From the NCBI GenBank assembly GCA_010093705.1, contig MU006089.1, positions 3,516,173 to 3,580,172 on the forward strand: a DNA stretch of 64,000 bases, given 5' to 3'. Positions 13,039 through 25,023 of the stretch are shown in pieces. Within the stretch, counting starts at the first letter, position 1. Each line of letters starts with the position of its first letter. Under the pieces are notes generated by a model. That model saw nothing but the letters and a program-made list of their open reading frames with translations, made no database searches and was not told where the DNA came from. Made by a program: the position numbers and the translations under genes. Source of the stretch: Patellaria atrata CBS 101060 (Eukaryota).

Positions 13039-14039
13039 TGGAACCCTTGAAAGGAGTTAACTCCATAGAATCTAAGCTCTCAAAGAGCTAGGGTGGCCCA
13101 ATACTTCTAAAGTCCGATGATCTTTGTGCCGGACGAAAGTCGGTCCTCCGTAAGGTTCACTGGCTATTTTTGTCGCGTCTCTCCGATTTACGAACCTAAA
13201 TGGTTCCCGTCAGTACTTCAACGCGTAGTCCTGCTTCAGAGATCAAGCGCAGTTCCGCACACCTTCTTTGAGGAACAATGCATCTCTCTGCGTCTTTGTT
13301 AACCTATAGATTATGGATCACTTGTAGCGTGCTAAAGTGGAAGCAAAGGAGATGATGACATTCAGAAGTGGAGTCGAGTACTCAAAATTGTTACCGGCAT
13401 GTTTGCCTATTTCTTTTCATATTAACTTATCAGTACATATTATTTGTTATGTCAATCTCTCATTGGATAGCTTTAATAATACGATGTTATCAGAACTTCG
13501 AGGTGCTAATGCTGAAGAGGGGAAGAATTGCTAATAATCCACAGAAGAATAGCCACCGCCAAAAAGCGACTTTTGACACCCGCGGAAATCTGTAAGACCC
13601 TGATAGCATCTTTAAGTTGTATTCGGGGTTATTAATAACATGTACAGCTGGGTTCAACATCGGTAAGAGAGCAACCTCCAATGCTAGTATTCACACTGGT
13701 GGCGACAGGACTAGAGGAGACAAATGCCACCCCAGTAGCGAGCAAAAGCATGATGCTAAGGTAGTGCCAGATGTAGAGACAGCGTTAGTAACACAACCAA
13801 AGAGAAAGGCTTTACTAGTAGGAGAGGGAAAGTATATATCAATAAGAGGGGGAAGCATCAATCAGGAGGAAAGGGAAAGCATGAATCGGCGGCAATAGCA
13901 AGACATGAAAAACATTGGTTTCACCTGGAAGTTCCATCTCTGCCTATGTATGTATGATACAGGAAAAGAAAAAAGTGTTGACTCTTAGAAACAGCGCAAA
14001 ACAGAATTTGTTTCATGAAGAAGAAAGAGCAAAAGCAAA

Positions 14040-14110
14040 TGCATCCTCCGGGAATTGAACCCGGGGCCCGTCGATGGCAACGACGGATTTTACCACTAAA
14101 CTAAGAATGC
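14040..14110 (-). tRNA. tRNA-Gly (GCC), intronless
   Basis: Reverse complement GCATTCTTAGTTTAGTGGTAAAATCCGTCGTTGCCATCGACGGGCCCCGGGTTCAATTCCCGGAGGATGCA is a 71-nt cloverleaf with anticodon GCC and a GTTCAA T-loop, followed by a T-rich tract. Confidence 0.96.
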
Positions 14111-15592
14111 TTGTGATTGGTTGGAAAGAAAATTTTGAAAGATATAATAATAACTTAACGATACAAAGCTTGAAAGTAGAAACTTCCATTAGAAATACGG
14201 TACACAGAGAGGAACAGACGGGGTGGGGCTTTTTCTCGCTTATTCTGAGTTCTACCTTAGTTCTTTCTACCTTTGTTATTTGATTTTTATACCTCATAAA
14301 TTAGCGACTAAGCACATAAGGTATCTTATTTTCTTTCTCTCATAATTAATTATCTAAACCATGAACTAAAAGAGCCGTAGTCTTTCGTCCAAAGGCTCCA
14401 GTATTGATGACCAGAACTGTGTGCTGACAACTGCTACTATCCGACCTCAGAGAAACCGACCAGACGGGGAACGCGGGATAGGATAATACATGCTGCATAC
14501 TTTAACCTCCCAAGGCCCGTCCAAGACAGTCTTAAGGAAGGACTTATGCATGTCCTTATTGATTGCAGCGGCGCGGGCCTTCCCCGAGGACGTTCGACGA
14601 TATGAAGTACGAAATGCAAGCGGTTCGATCGGGAATAGTGTTTCTCGCCCTGAAAGCTAGACCTTTCTACTTCCCTAGTCCTCTATTGCTATGTACGGGT
14701 GCTGTGCGTACGGCTTACGAAGGTGTACCTCCACTATCAGCTCAATTTTGTGACAGATCTCTCCCGTATACATACCTGATGTATTCTCGCTATGAAACGG
14801 ATCGTCCGGTATAATAACAGCGCTGGCGGGTTTTACAGTACTGGTGCGGTCATATGCGATCCTCTTGTACAACTCAAGGTTATCGTGGAGTTTGACTCTC
14901 TTCTACCGTACTTTTACTGTACAGTTGGGTGATTCTGTGCTACCCTGTTACTCGTTTTACATTGTCCATCACTCTTTCCATAGTCCACTTCTACCGTTCC
15001 TTCATAATTCAAAATCTCCGTACAATAGATACGCGCACACGAAGTAACCAGGAAAGCTGCAACAGGAAACTCAGCATGCCGGAATGGTGTCATTTCCTAT
15101 GTGCTATACTTGCACGTTATAGATTAAGATTCGTTGAAATCATGTTCATCGGATGTGGCAATAGCGCTTCTTCCAGGGACATTGAAATCAACCAAATTAC
15201 GAACTGATACTGATCTGCCATTCGAGATTTTTGAATAGAGTATACTGTGTCTTCTATCTACTTGTTACGGTCGCTTTACGATCCGCTTTCCGTAAGACCA
15301 CAACAATATACAACTACTCTTCAGCGAACCCTTACACATGCCTAGGTAACCGTACTCTGCGCCATGAGATGCCGAAAGAAAACCATTCATCTTCGGCACA
15401 TCGCTCACCAACCATGCAAGAAAATATATATACGGCGAAATCAAGAAGATCAACATTTGGCAAGAAGGAAAACAAGAGGGCCCGGACGAAAGTGAGACGA
15501 TGGGAACGAAGTAAATGTTAGTTACCCGGGATTAGGTGGATCGGTGATTACCATCGATAGTTTTCTTGACAAGGCAACGATCCATCAAGAGA

Positions 15593-17923
15593 CTATTTCC
15601 TCCACAGCGCGAGAGTACCGGCGAAATTGCTCCTGTTGTCGGAGTCTCTGATAATACCTTGGCCGTTGACAGTGACCATGTTGACGGATGCCTTGGTGCT
15701 TAGACCGAAGAAACGAACATCACTATTACCCTCGATGCTGACCATGTGCAGTTGACAGTCATTGGACTCTACGCAGTCTTGACCGTAGTTCTCGAAGAAA
15801 CTGTACAATCCAGCACCGTAGATGAGAATGTCGCTACTGTCGATGACACGGACACCCCACGCCTTCTTAGCACGGTTACCGCTAGCTGTCGCAAAGTTCG
15901 GGTCAAGCAAAGCAGACTGGCTTCTGTATGGAGTAGTGGCGTCTGGGTTACCTTGATAGTAAGGTGTTTCGGTTTGAATAGCGCCAAGGAATACATTCCT
16001 TGCGTTGTTGAATTGGTAATTGTAAAGCACGTTGTGCTCAGACGCAGTACCATAAAGCCAAACGGGTTTCGTACTCTCGATGAGAACGCCACGACCGTTA
16101 TAAATGTCAATTTGGCCGAAGTCGGTGCGATCAAGTTCGTGATCAGCAACCCAAAACCAACAGTTCTCAACATATACGGAAGCACTCTTGGTTACGCGGA
16201 AGAGTAGACCAGCTCCCACACAGGCTGAGTTGGGACCATGAGATGTTCCTGGTTGTTTTGCGCAGGTATCGGACTGCAACTTGGTACCAGCACTGCCACC
16301 GACGCGGAAATGAACATCCCAGAGCCCAGTCCTGCCAGCGTCGCCAGCAACATTCCATTCCATGAGGACTGCACCCGGCGCAGGACCAGCGGTCTCAAAA
16401 ATTAGGTCGCTAATCTCAACTGAACCGGTTTCTCCGGGTTGGCCGACTTGCCACACTGGTTTTAGATCGTCCTGGTTACCGAAGAATGAGCCAGAGGCCA
16501 TGATGAGAGGCCAGATTTCGCCGACTATCCTAATATTCCGTGGGACTCTGACGGTTCTCGTGATGATATAAGCGCCGTGATCGAAATACAAAATTTGATC
16601 CGGACTAATGCTATCCATTGCTGCTTGGATGGCGGCGGTATCATCAGTAACACCATCACCGCGAGCGCCCTTGGACTTGATAGAGACAAAAGCACTAGCT
16701 GGGACATTTTCGTATTGAGGTTTGGCACGTTCGAAGATTTTACCACTGGAATCAAGCAGACCGGCCGGTTTGACGGGAGCAGGGTTGATATCACCTCGGG
16801 TGCGCTGACCGGAACCCCCAACATAAGTACGACCTTGAGCCCAAGCTCTCACGACTGAACCTCCTGCAAGTACCTGCCCTCCATTCGTGTCGGCAACAGC
16901 TTTTGACGAACCACTAAAGTCGACGTTGTCGAGGATAAGGGCTCCTCCTCCGACTGGGGCGCTTGAACCAGACCATGAGGTTCTAATACCAGCTTGGGTA
17001 GCGCTAATTTTGCTGTCTAAGACAAGAACAGAGCCAACTGTCTGATCGGAGCCTCCGTTTGACATATCGATACCAACTCCACAGCGGTTCACTTCGACCG
17101 ACTTGAAGGTCCATAGCCAGTTCCAGTTCATAAAGATGGCGGTATTGCAGTCGTTAAACTTCAGGTTGCGGGTTGTGAATTGCTGGCTGCCGAGGAAAGC
17201 GCCATAATTGCCGCCGTTAAAAGTAAGGTCGGTCATGAAACCACCAGACCCATTTTCCATGAAAATACCCTGTTGTTTGTTGGCCGAACCGCCACCCTTA
17301 ATCATCTCAAAACGGATATTCTGAAGACTAGTAGCCTGTGCGACTTGCCAGTGAATACCAGTTCCTGTACTCATGGGCTGGGCAGTGAGGTCGATGACAA
17401 AGTTGCGGATCTGACGGAAAAAGTTGTTCTGGTTTGTGTACCACTGAGCACCATTCCCGCCGTCGATATATGGGTCAGAATCGATAACAGCCATACCCTG
17501 GAAATCTGGGGAAGCTTTGATTACGGGAAGGTTCGATGCATCACCGATGAATTGTGAGTAGTAGTACTGAATGATAGGCCTGCTGACCTTGTAGGTACCG
17601 GGAGGAAAGTACACGATAGCTGGTGTGGTAGTTGAAGAGTCACATCCTCGCCCACAACGATTGCCAGCGGTGATAGCGTTGTTGATCGCAACTGTATCAT
17701 CCGCATTGCCATCACCGACCGCACCAAAATCTTTCACGTTGCGGAAGACCTTATAATCGCCAGCGTTACGGTACGGAATGGATCCCTTGCGTGCAATAGT
17801 GGCCTGCCAGAAACCTCCTCCCTGTCGTGGGTTAAGGGACGTGTTTTCGTTGATAGGGAATGCGTCGATAAGTGATGAACAGAAAAAGAGGGCCAAAGCC
17901 AGGAAAGAAAGGATAGGTAGCAT
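15593..17923 (-). CDS. Secreted glycoside hydrolase family 55 exo-beta-1,3-glucanase
   Basis: Intronless. Signal peptide MLPILSFLALALFFCSSLIDA, two pectate-lyase-3-like repeats (YKVFRNVKDFGAVGDG; GARGDGVTDDTAAI) and motifs NQNNFFRQIRNF, WVADHELD, SEHNVLYNYQ and QTETPYYQ. The start is placed at the ATG at 17923 rather than the ORF-track start. Confidence 0.95.
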   Translation of the reverse strand: MLPILSFLALALFFCSSLIDAFPINENTSLNPRQGGGFWQATIARKGSIPYRNAGDYKVFRNVKDFGAVGDGNADDTVAINNAITAGNRCGRGCDSSTTTPAIVYFPPGTYKVSRPIIQYYYSQFIGDASNLPVIKASPDFQGMAVIDSDPYIDGGNGAQWYTNQNNFFRQIRNFVIDLTAQPMSTGTGIHWQVAQATSLQNIRFEMIKGGGSANKQQGIFMENGSGGFMTDLTFNGGNYGAFLGSQQFTTRNLKFNDCNTAIFMNWNWLWTFKSVEVNRCGVGIDMSNGGSDQTVGSVLVLDSKISATQAGIRTSWSGSSAPVGGGALILDNVDFSGSSKAVADTNGGQVLAGGSVVRAWAQGRTYVGGSGQRTRGDINPAPVKPAGLLDSSGKIFERAKPQYENVPASAFVSIKSKGARGDGVTDDTAAIQAAMDSISPDQILYFDHGAYIITRTVRVPRNIRIVGEIWPLIMASGSFFGNQDDLKPVWQVGQPGETGSVEISDLIFETAGPAPGAVLMEWNVAGDAGRTGLWDVHFRVGGSAGTKLQSDTCAKQPGTSHGPNSACVGAGLLFRVTKSASVYVENCWFWVADHELDRTDFGQIDIYNGRGVLIESTKPVWLYGTASEHNVLYNYQFNNARNVFLGAIQTETPYYQGNPDATTPYRSQSALLDPNFATASGNRAKKAWGVRVIDSSDILIYGAGLYSFFENYGQDCVESNDCQLHMVSIEGNSDVRFFGLSTKASVNMVTVNGQGIIRDSDNRSNFAGTLALWRK

Positions 17924-18029
17924 ATTGATTCCTGCCGTGTAAAGGACTTGAGAGCTCTGCCTTGAGAAGGAATGGAATCGATCGATGAAAGGAACAATAG
18001 AGCTGAAGCTCAAAGGTAGATCAAGCTCC

Positions 18030-18036
18030 TTATATA
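18030..18036 (-). promoter_or_regulatory. Putative TATA box of the GH55 gene
   Basis: CTATATAAG on the minus strand, about 105 nt upstream of the GH55 ATG. Confidence 0.45.
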
Positions 18037-19778
18037 GGGGCGCTTGGGATAGAACAGAGTCAGTGTCCCTGCACTGTACCGCGTATATGCGTTGCACGTA
18101 GCGGATATAAAAGAAGGTTGCCGTGAGGGTTCGGTGGACCTGTATCGCAAAGGAGTGAGTGATTTTGAAGTTTACGTATAAAGAACGTAGTCTAAAGAAG
18201 GTGTGATCTCTGAAGGAACTGCGCCTTTAAATCAAGAGATGGCAAATAAAAACGAGAACAAATCAATTGTTCGTTGAGAAAGTAGGTATCGAAGCACGAA
18301 GGATATCCAAAGGGTGAGGTAGAAAACCGCAACGAGGAGATTGAAAGCTACAGCATCAAGGGGGGAATGGGGTAGTTATAGCGATGGTGAGGGATAAAGT
18401 AATATGGTCCGACCAAGAGATATACTCACGCTATGTAAGCGAGCTTTCCTGTTTCCCCAACTTCCTTGTTTCACGTTTCAGATAGTCGTCCTTGAACAGT
18501 GATCTCAAGCTTCTAAAGGCTGCTTTTATATTCTTTCCTTCCAGGCTTCAAAATGTTTCCCCAGTCACAAGGCTCTCCTACCTTCCCATTCGCCTCGGAG
18601 GTTGAGATTTCCAACCGGTCATTCTCTCTAGCCTCATGATTGCATTTTAGTTTCGACCTTCTCAATCTATACAGAGGAAAGATGAGATGTCACGGTGGAG
18701 GACCGGCCTGCCCTGTCTAGGCTGGGTTATGGTAACCTCCTGGCTTTGCAGTTCTGGAATGCTACCGTACAATACATTGAAATGGTGGCTACATCCCTAT
18801 GCTATCACATTGCGCGGAGGTTTGTGCCTGCGGGATAGAATACCATCCAGGCCTCCAGTGGAACGGATGTTCCTACTTTGGTTGGGTTGATAGTGAAACA
18901 TGGAGAATTAAGAAAATGGGTTTTTTTATAGTAGTGTATAGTAAGGTATGTCGAGAGGTGAGGTTGTTTTCCGTTGTCAAGCGCGCGGCGCCACAACCGA
19001 GAAAAGGCCATCACGCTCATGCACTGGACAGGAATTCTCCAAGTGCAAATTGTGAAACCTAAACCCCCTAACCCCCCTACCCTGTGTTTCTTCCAACCTA
19101 TGCAACCAGCTCTTGACAGGCAGTGACAGGTCATACGCGGGATGAAAGACAGGAAATCAAATGAATCACAAGAGCCCCATCTCGACTTCTTGTGCAATAG
19201 AAGTACAGAGAATATGCTCTCCGTAAATGTGCAGTTTAAGGCTGAGTTACGGCTTAAAGCGAAACGTCTAACTACAGAAGCCCCAACACAACGCCTTCGG
19301 TACATCTACCGCCACGTTGCGCCTATCTTTTGGAGATTTGCACGCCCCGATCTGCAATGTTCCTGATAGGCAAAAACTTGGCTTTTGGGACATGGAAACC
19401 GAGGTAAGGTACTGGATACGGTAAAATGATCAGTGGATGGATGGTCACGGCGGTTAAGGTAGAACTACTGTAGGGGTCCGCATGAAAAACAACACCTTAT
19501 CAGGTTCACCTCAGAGTTAAGGTAATGGAAAGTAAAAGGTAGGTAGTAGAAAAGGTCTACATCGTCTTTTGACATGTTTGTTTCACTACATGTACCCCGC
19601 AAAATTTGAGGATGTGCAGATGATGTTGGGGCATACACCACTCACCCGCATTATCAAAAGCAATTTTTCCGGGGTACTTTAAAAGCACGTCATGGGTTCT
19701 CCTTGGCTTTCAGGTACCCCTTAAATTATATTGATCTTCTGATTAAAGGGTCAAGTCAAGTAGTCGACAGAAAGAACA

Positions 19779-21402
19779 TCACCAGAACTTCCCCGCCGTG
19801 TCTTTCTTGCTCCTCCCGCTTTGGGCTTCTTCGCCCGTTTTGTGTTGCATCATTTTCCCATCAGCATCCTGCTGGTCACTTTGTCTTTGCAATCTCGAAA
19901 TTACACGAGCAAGCCTTTCAATGCCTTCAGCGAGCTTCTCCTCATCTTCCCAAGAGAAACAAAGCCGTATATCGTGTGGGAACGTTACCTCGGACTGGTC
20001 GGGGACCTGAAATAGTTCGCCTTGAGTAACGACTAAATTTTCTTCTTCTTTTGCTCTCTGTGCAACTACATCACCCTTCACTGGGGGTGGTAGCGAGAGC
20101 CAGATGAAATAGCCCCCTACTATATCTCTACCAGACTGTGCCAGCTCTGCGCCAAGTGGGATGAGATGCATCTCGATTGCATCTATCATCTTACGGTAGC
20201 GCAAGGCGTACGTTGGCTGTAGCGTCTTGAAGATGTGGCTTTGAAGTTCCCCGGATTTGAGAAGGTCAGATACGTATGTGGACGTTAGTTGCGATGGTGC
20301 ACCTCCTGATCTCGTTGATCCCCTACAGAACCAGTCAGCAAAAGTCACACCCGTGGACCGCGATCTGAAGTTGAGCTCTCGTGCCTCTTGTGGTTTAAGA
20401 TCGCGCCACGCACCGCACGTTGTACCACTTACGTCTGAGAAACCCCCCAGGCCAGCTTTTCTGTGCCTTCGACCCAACCAGTCCGTAAGCCTGGGCCACA
20501 TATCTTGCTGAAACTACCATTGCTAACCGCATTCCCAAAGCCATCTGACCCTTTTCTTTCAGAACCACCGTCTAGAAAGCGGTCAACATCTACTACCCTT
20601 GGTAGTACCGCTCTTTCAAGGCTCGAGATTTTAGACATCGGACTTGAAGGCCATTGCAAGAAGTCGTACACATCATCCGTGATAATCAACGCGTCGTATT
20701 CTCTAGCCAGCCTTACTAGCTCCTCCCGCCTAGTCAAAGACATGGTCTTGGAAGAGGGATTCGAAAATGTTGGAACTGCATAAATAATGTGGCGATATAT
20801 CTTGCTCCATGCTCTTGGCTTTTTGAACTTCTATCAAGTCCCAGTTAGCATCGGAGAAGAAATCATAAGATTGTCGGGAAGACCGATTCCTAGGCGTAGG
20901 TGATGGGATACAGTACCGGTTCATTGTTACCATCTCTTGCAGCTTCCCGCTCACTTTTCTCGAGACCACGTTTCAAGAATTCGATATCGATCCCTTCTTC
21001 GTCTTCAGGTACCGGTCTTAGTTTTCCAGTAAAACCCGAATCATCAAAAATACGGAAGACGAGCATGTAAGTTGGCGAGACGAGCCATACGTTTCTTGTA
21101 AAGACAGGATCTGTGAAAACTTGGAGAATACAGGCAAGACTTTGTGATGCTCCACCCGTTATAGTGATTCTCTTGGGCTCAATCAACTTCTGGGTTTTGT
21201 AGAAATTACTTAGCCACTCAGCCAGTGCCTGCTGAAGGCCTTCGTAACCCCAATCAGGTCCGTATAGGAGACCCGGTGTCGATACCTCCGGGTTTGAGAG
21301 TACACGAGAAGCGGCATCCTTTAGAGACGATGCGGGCAAAAGACTTGGATGAGGCCATCCTCGAAGAAGATTGATCAATGGCCTTGTCTTATGGTACAGC
21401 AT
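19779..21402 (-). CDS. PLP-dependent aminotransferase class I/II (MocR/2-aminoadipate transaminase-like)
   Basis: Motifs INLLRGWP, YGPDWG, TGGASQSL, YAVPTFSNPSS, LIITDDVYDFL, GSFSKICGPGLRTGW (PLP lysine), GGYFIWL and IRLCFSWE. Exons 21402-20917, 20830-20433, 20322-19779. Confidence 0.92.
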
Positions 21403-21797
21403 ATTATGCGATGATTTATAGAGGAGATACCGGGAACGAGAAAATTGCGATCCAGACTGTTTACTTCGTTCTCAAAGATGCATATTAAAAAGAAAGACCA
21501 GTAATGACATGTATAGTACGTACCCTACATTATAGCAAGCGACCCGTTACAGGTCCAAATTTGGCACTATGAGGTACGTACCTTTGTAGGTACGGAGTAT
21601 GATGTTTCCAGGTTGACTGTCTGAGATGCCAAGGGGTCATCCGTCGACGTCATATAGTAGAATTAGTTCATACCAGTAATACCTTCCAGAAGTACGTTGT
21701 GCTTAGTTATCTTTCAGGTCAGTATGTGAATAGTACAGCGGAACAAGTTGTTCTACGAGTCCGACGGTTTATGAAATAATATTAAGCAATACTCAAA

Positions 21798-24746
21798 ATG
21801 CCTGGCATTGTTCGAAAGTTGTTAATCTTCGCCGCTGTTGATGGCCTCATTCTCCAACCTGCACCACCGCGAAACCACCCCCCATCCACCCAGCAGGCGA
21901 TCAAGCTAGATTACAAAATTGGCTCAATTTCACCATTACTAAAAGATAGACGAGAAGAACTCACCGCCCCCGTGTCTTTGGAAACGTTCGGTATAGTTGG
22001 TGTCCTCAAAGTTGCGTCCTCGTCCTTTTTAATTTCGATATCCGGGCGCGACCAAGTTGCCCAAATACGCGGGAAACCGATCTATGTCATTCGCGATGTC
22101 GCAGTAATTCCGCTTTCCTCGCGAGATGACGCCGATAAGGCTATCACCCAGGCGAAAGAGAACATAAAGCGATCGGTGAGAAGTGACGGATATGTTGAAG
22201 CATCGGACAATGAGACCTCTGATGACGACGATTCCCTTTCCCTGACAGAAAATGAGTCTGGGGAGCTTGAAAAAAGTAAAACGGTTAAGCATGAGAGAAG
22301 CTCTAGCGTTGCAGAAGATGTGATCGGCAAGAAAGGAGTCTACGGGAGATTTGCGAAAAAGTGGTTCTCCAAGAAAGGCTGGAGCGCTGAGGGTCGACGA
22401 ATGCAAGGGATGAGCAGTCAAGGAGATAAGGAACTACCACAGCAACCACAGGGTATTCAGACAAATCCAGATGAAGAAAAGAAAGATTCAAAAGTGACGG
22501 AGTCTCTCACAGAGAGCGTAATAAGTGAAGACGGTGCTGACAATGACGCCGAAAATATTCCCCCACAAGATATACCCAAAGCCCTTGCTGGCAATACTGA
22601 TGAGAACACGATTGCTCTTCTACCAAAGGTGCTTCGTACAACGAAAATCTATTTTGGATCAAAGAGCTTCTTTTTTTCTTATGACTATGATATCTCGAGG
22701 AGCCTCTCCCGACAGAGCGCATCTTCATCACTTCCGCTATTTAAAGCTTTTGATCCCTTGGTATGTGTCAATCTCAGTTGAAGAAGTCTATATTGGCCTA
22801 ACTCTGTACAGTTTTTTTGGAATCATCACATTCAGAAACCTTTTATAGAGTCTGGCCAGCATAATTTTGTTTTACCTCTACTCCAGGGATTCGTCGGCCA
22901 GAGGGCATTCACAGTGGATGTGCCCCCGGATTCGACCCAGAGTGCAATCATCGGTACAGCATCCAAGCAGGAGGATATTAATGCAGAGCATAATGACCCG
23001 TCGCACAACCCGCAACTAACTGATTCCGATCCAACACGCAAGGATTTCCTTTTGACATTGATTTCACGCCGCTCCATTCACCGAGCTGGTCTCCGCTATC
23101 TACGTCGTGGTGTAGATGAAGACGGCAATGCAGCGAATAATGTGGAAACAGAACAAATACTAACTTGTGTCTCGGAAGATGCCTCAGCTGCACCGTCTTA
23201 CTCATTCGTCCAAGTCCGAGGCTCAATACCTCTTTATTTCTCTCAGAGTCCGTACAGCCTGAAACCAGTGCCACTACTCTATGGCTCAGAAGCAACTAAT
23301 ACTGTAGCTTTCAAAAAACACTTCGTAAACTTGTCTTCTCGATATGGAAAGATATATGTAGCTTCTTTGGTAGATAAACATGGTACCGAATCAAAAGTCG
23401 GAAAAGCGTACGAGAAACATGCAGACATGCTTAATGAATCATGTGGAACCGATGGCAAAGGCGAAAATCTAGGTTTCGAATGGTTTGATTTTCACAATGT
23501 TTGCAGGGGAATGAAGTTTGAAAAGGTCTCTGTCCTTCTCGCAACTCTCGCCCCGTCCCTGGAATCCTTCGGATGGAGTATCCACAATGGCGAAAAGCTT
23601 ATTAGCACACAAAATGGAGTCTTGCGAACAAATTGTATGGATTGTCTTGACCGAACAAATGTGGTTCAGGCAGCTTGTGCTCGTAATATCCTCGAAAAAC
23701 AACTTGCCGACCAGGGAGTCGCTATTGACTTGGAGAAAGACCCTAGCACATCCTGGTTCAATACCCTCTGGGCCGACAATGGAGATGCTATCTCACGTCA
23801 GTATGCTGGTACCGCAGCACTGAAGGGTGACTTCACCCGTACAAGGCAGCGCAATATCAGTGGTGCATTGACAGACTTTGGACTGACACTATCTCGCTAT
23901 TATAACAATATCGTGAACGATTATTTTACGCAAGCCGTCATAGACTATATCCTCGGTCGAGCTGCAGATAGCATATTTGCAGAGTTTGAAGCAGATATGA
24001 AATCACATGACTACGCAATTGATCTCCGAAAAGTTCGGCAAGCTGCGATCGATCGTTGCGCGGAAATCGTTATCGAAGATCAACAGGAGGATTTACTTAC
24101 GGGTTGGACATTATCCTGTCCGGCAAAGGCAAACAGTCTTCGTAGCTTTCCATTCGAAGAGTGTGTCCTTTTGCTCACTAACGCAGCCTTGTACTTTTGC
24201 CGCTTTGACTGGAACACGGAGAAGCCCAAAGAATTCGAACGCGTTGAGCTTGATAGAATCAAGGCCATCAATAAAGGTGTTTACATCACTAGTACACTAG
24301 CACAACGTCACATGGATGAGTCGAAGAATGTCGGATTTGTCCTAGTGTTTGCTCCAGTTGGGAAAGAGCTTGTAAGGGTAAACACAAGAAGTCTTGGGAA
24401 CGAGAAATCCGATGATGAAGCTTTACCTGCCCCAAAATCTGGTGAGAAGAAAGAGGAGACTAGACTCCTAGCATTCAAAGCTCTTCCACCGAATTCTGGT
24501 GTAACCACAGCAGAAAATGAAGAAAGTACTGTAATGAGTGAGACTGACATGATAAACCACATCTGTGAAGAGATACAGAGAGTTGTCAATCGGTCATTAG
24601 TCGGTGAAGCAGTGACAGGTCGAGCTGAGACGGAAAGGAGTATAAAAGTGGAAGAGAAGGACATTATAAGTGTTGCTGACGCAAAGAAGAGCACAGGGTA
24701 TATGGAACAGTTGGGGTATTCTTTAAAGAAGCTTGTGTGGGGTTAA
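21798..24746 (+). CDS. Sac1-homology phosphoinositide phosphatase with C-terminal hSac2-like domain
   Basis: Motifs FFFSYDYDISR, LISRRSIHRAGLRYLRRG, VETEQI, RGSIPLYFSQ, catalytic CX5R RTNCMDCLDRTNVVQ and WADNGDAISRQYAGT. One intron, 22761-22811. Confidence 0.93.
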
Positions 24747-25023
24747 TTGCAACTTAGCTTTCAACTGCTTTATATCAGATAGCATTATTATTCGTCTATA
24801 CCACAGAGAAACAATATTCCCAATGTACTGCTGAGATAGACAATTGACGTTCCTAAGGTTGAAAGACGCTGTTGATACTGGAGAAAGAGGAGGAAAGAGG
24901 AGAGAAGGTGGAATAGAACGCTTGAGAATCAGGAGGGCAAAAAGGAGGAAGAAAAACAGATCAATACACTAATATGCTGTAGAGACCACAGTTATTCTAG
25001 GTACATTTACAGCTTGTCTGGAT

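Noticed and set aside
15593..18097. 834-aa version of GH55 given by the ORF track
   Set aside because: The extension starts at GTG and runs over the TATA box; the signal peptide begins at the ATG at 17923.
19056..19083. Telomere-like aaccccctaaccccctacc
   Set aside because: Only 2-3 imperfect units, with C5 rather than CCCTAA; too short to call an interstitial telomere.
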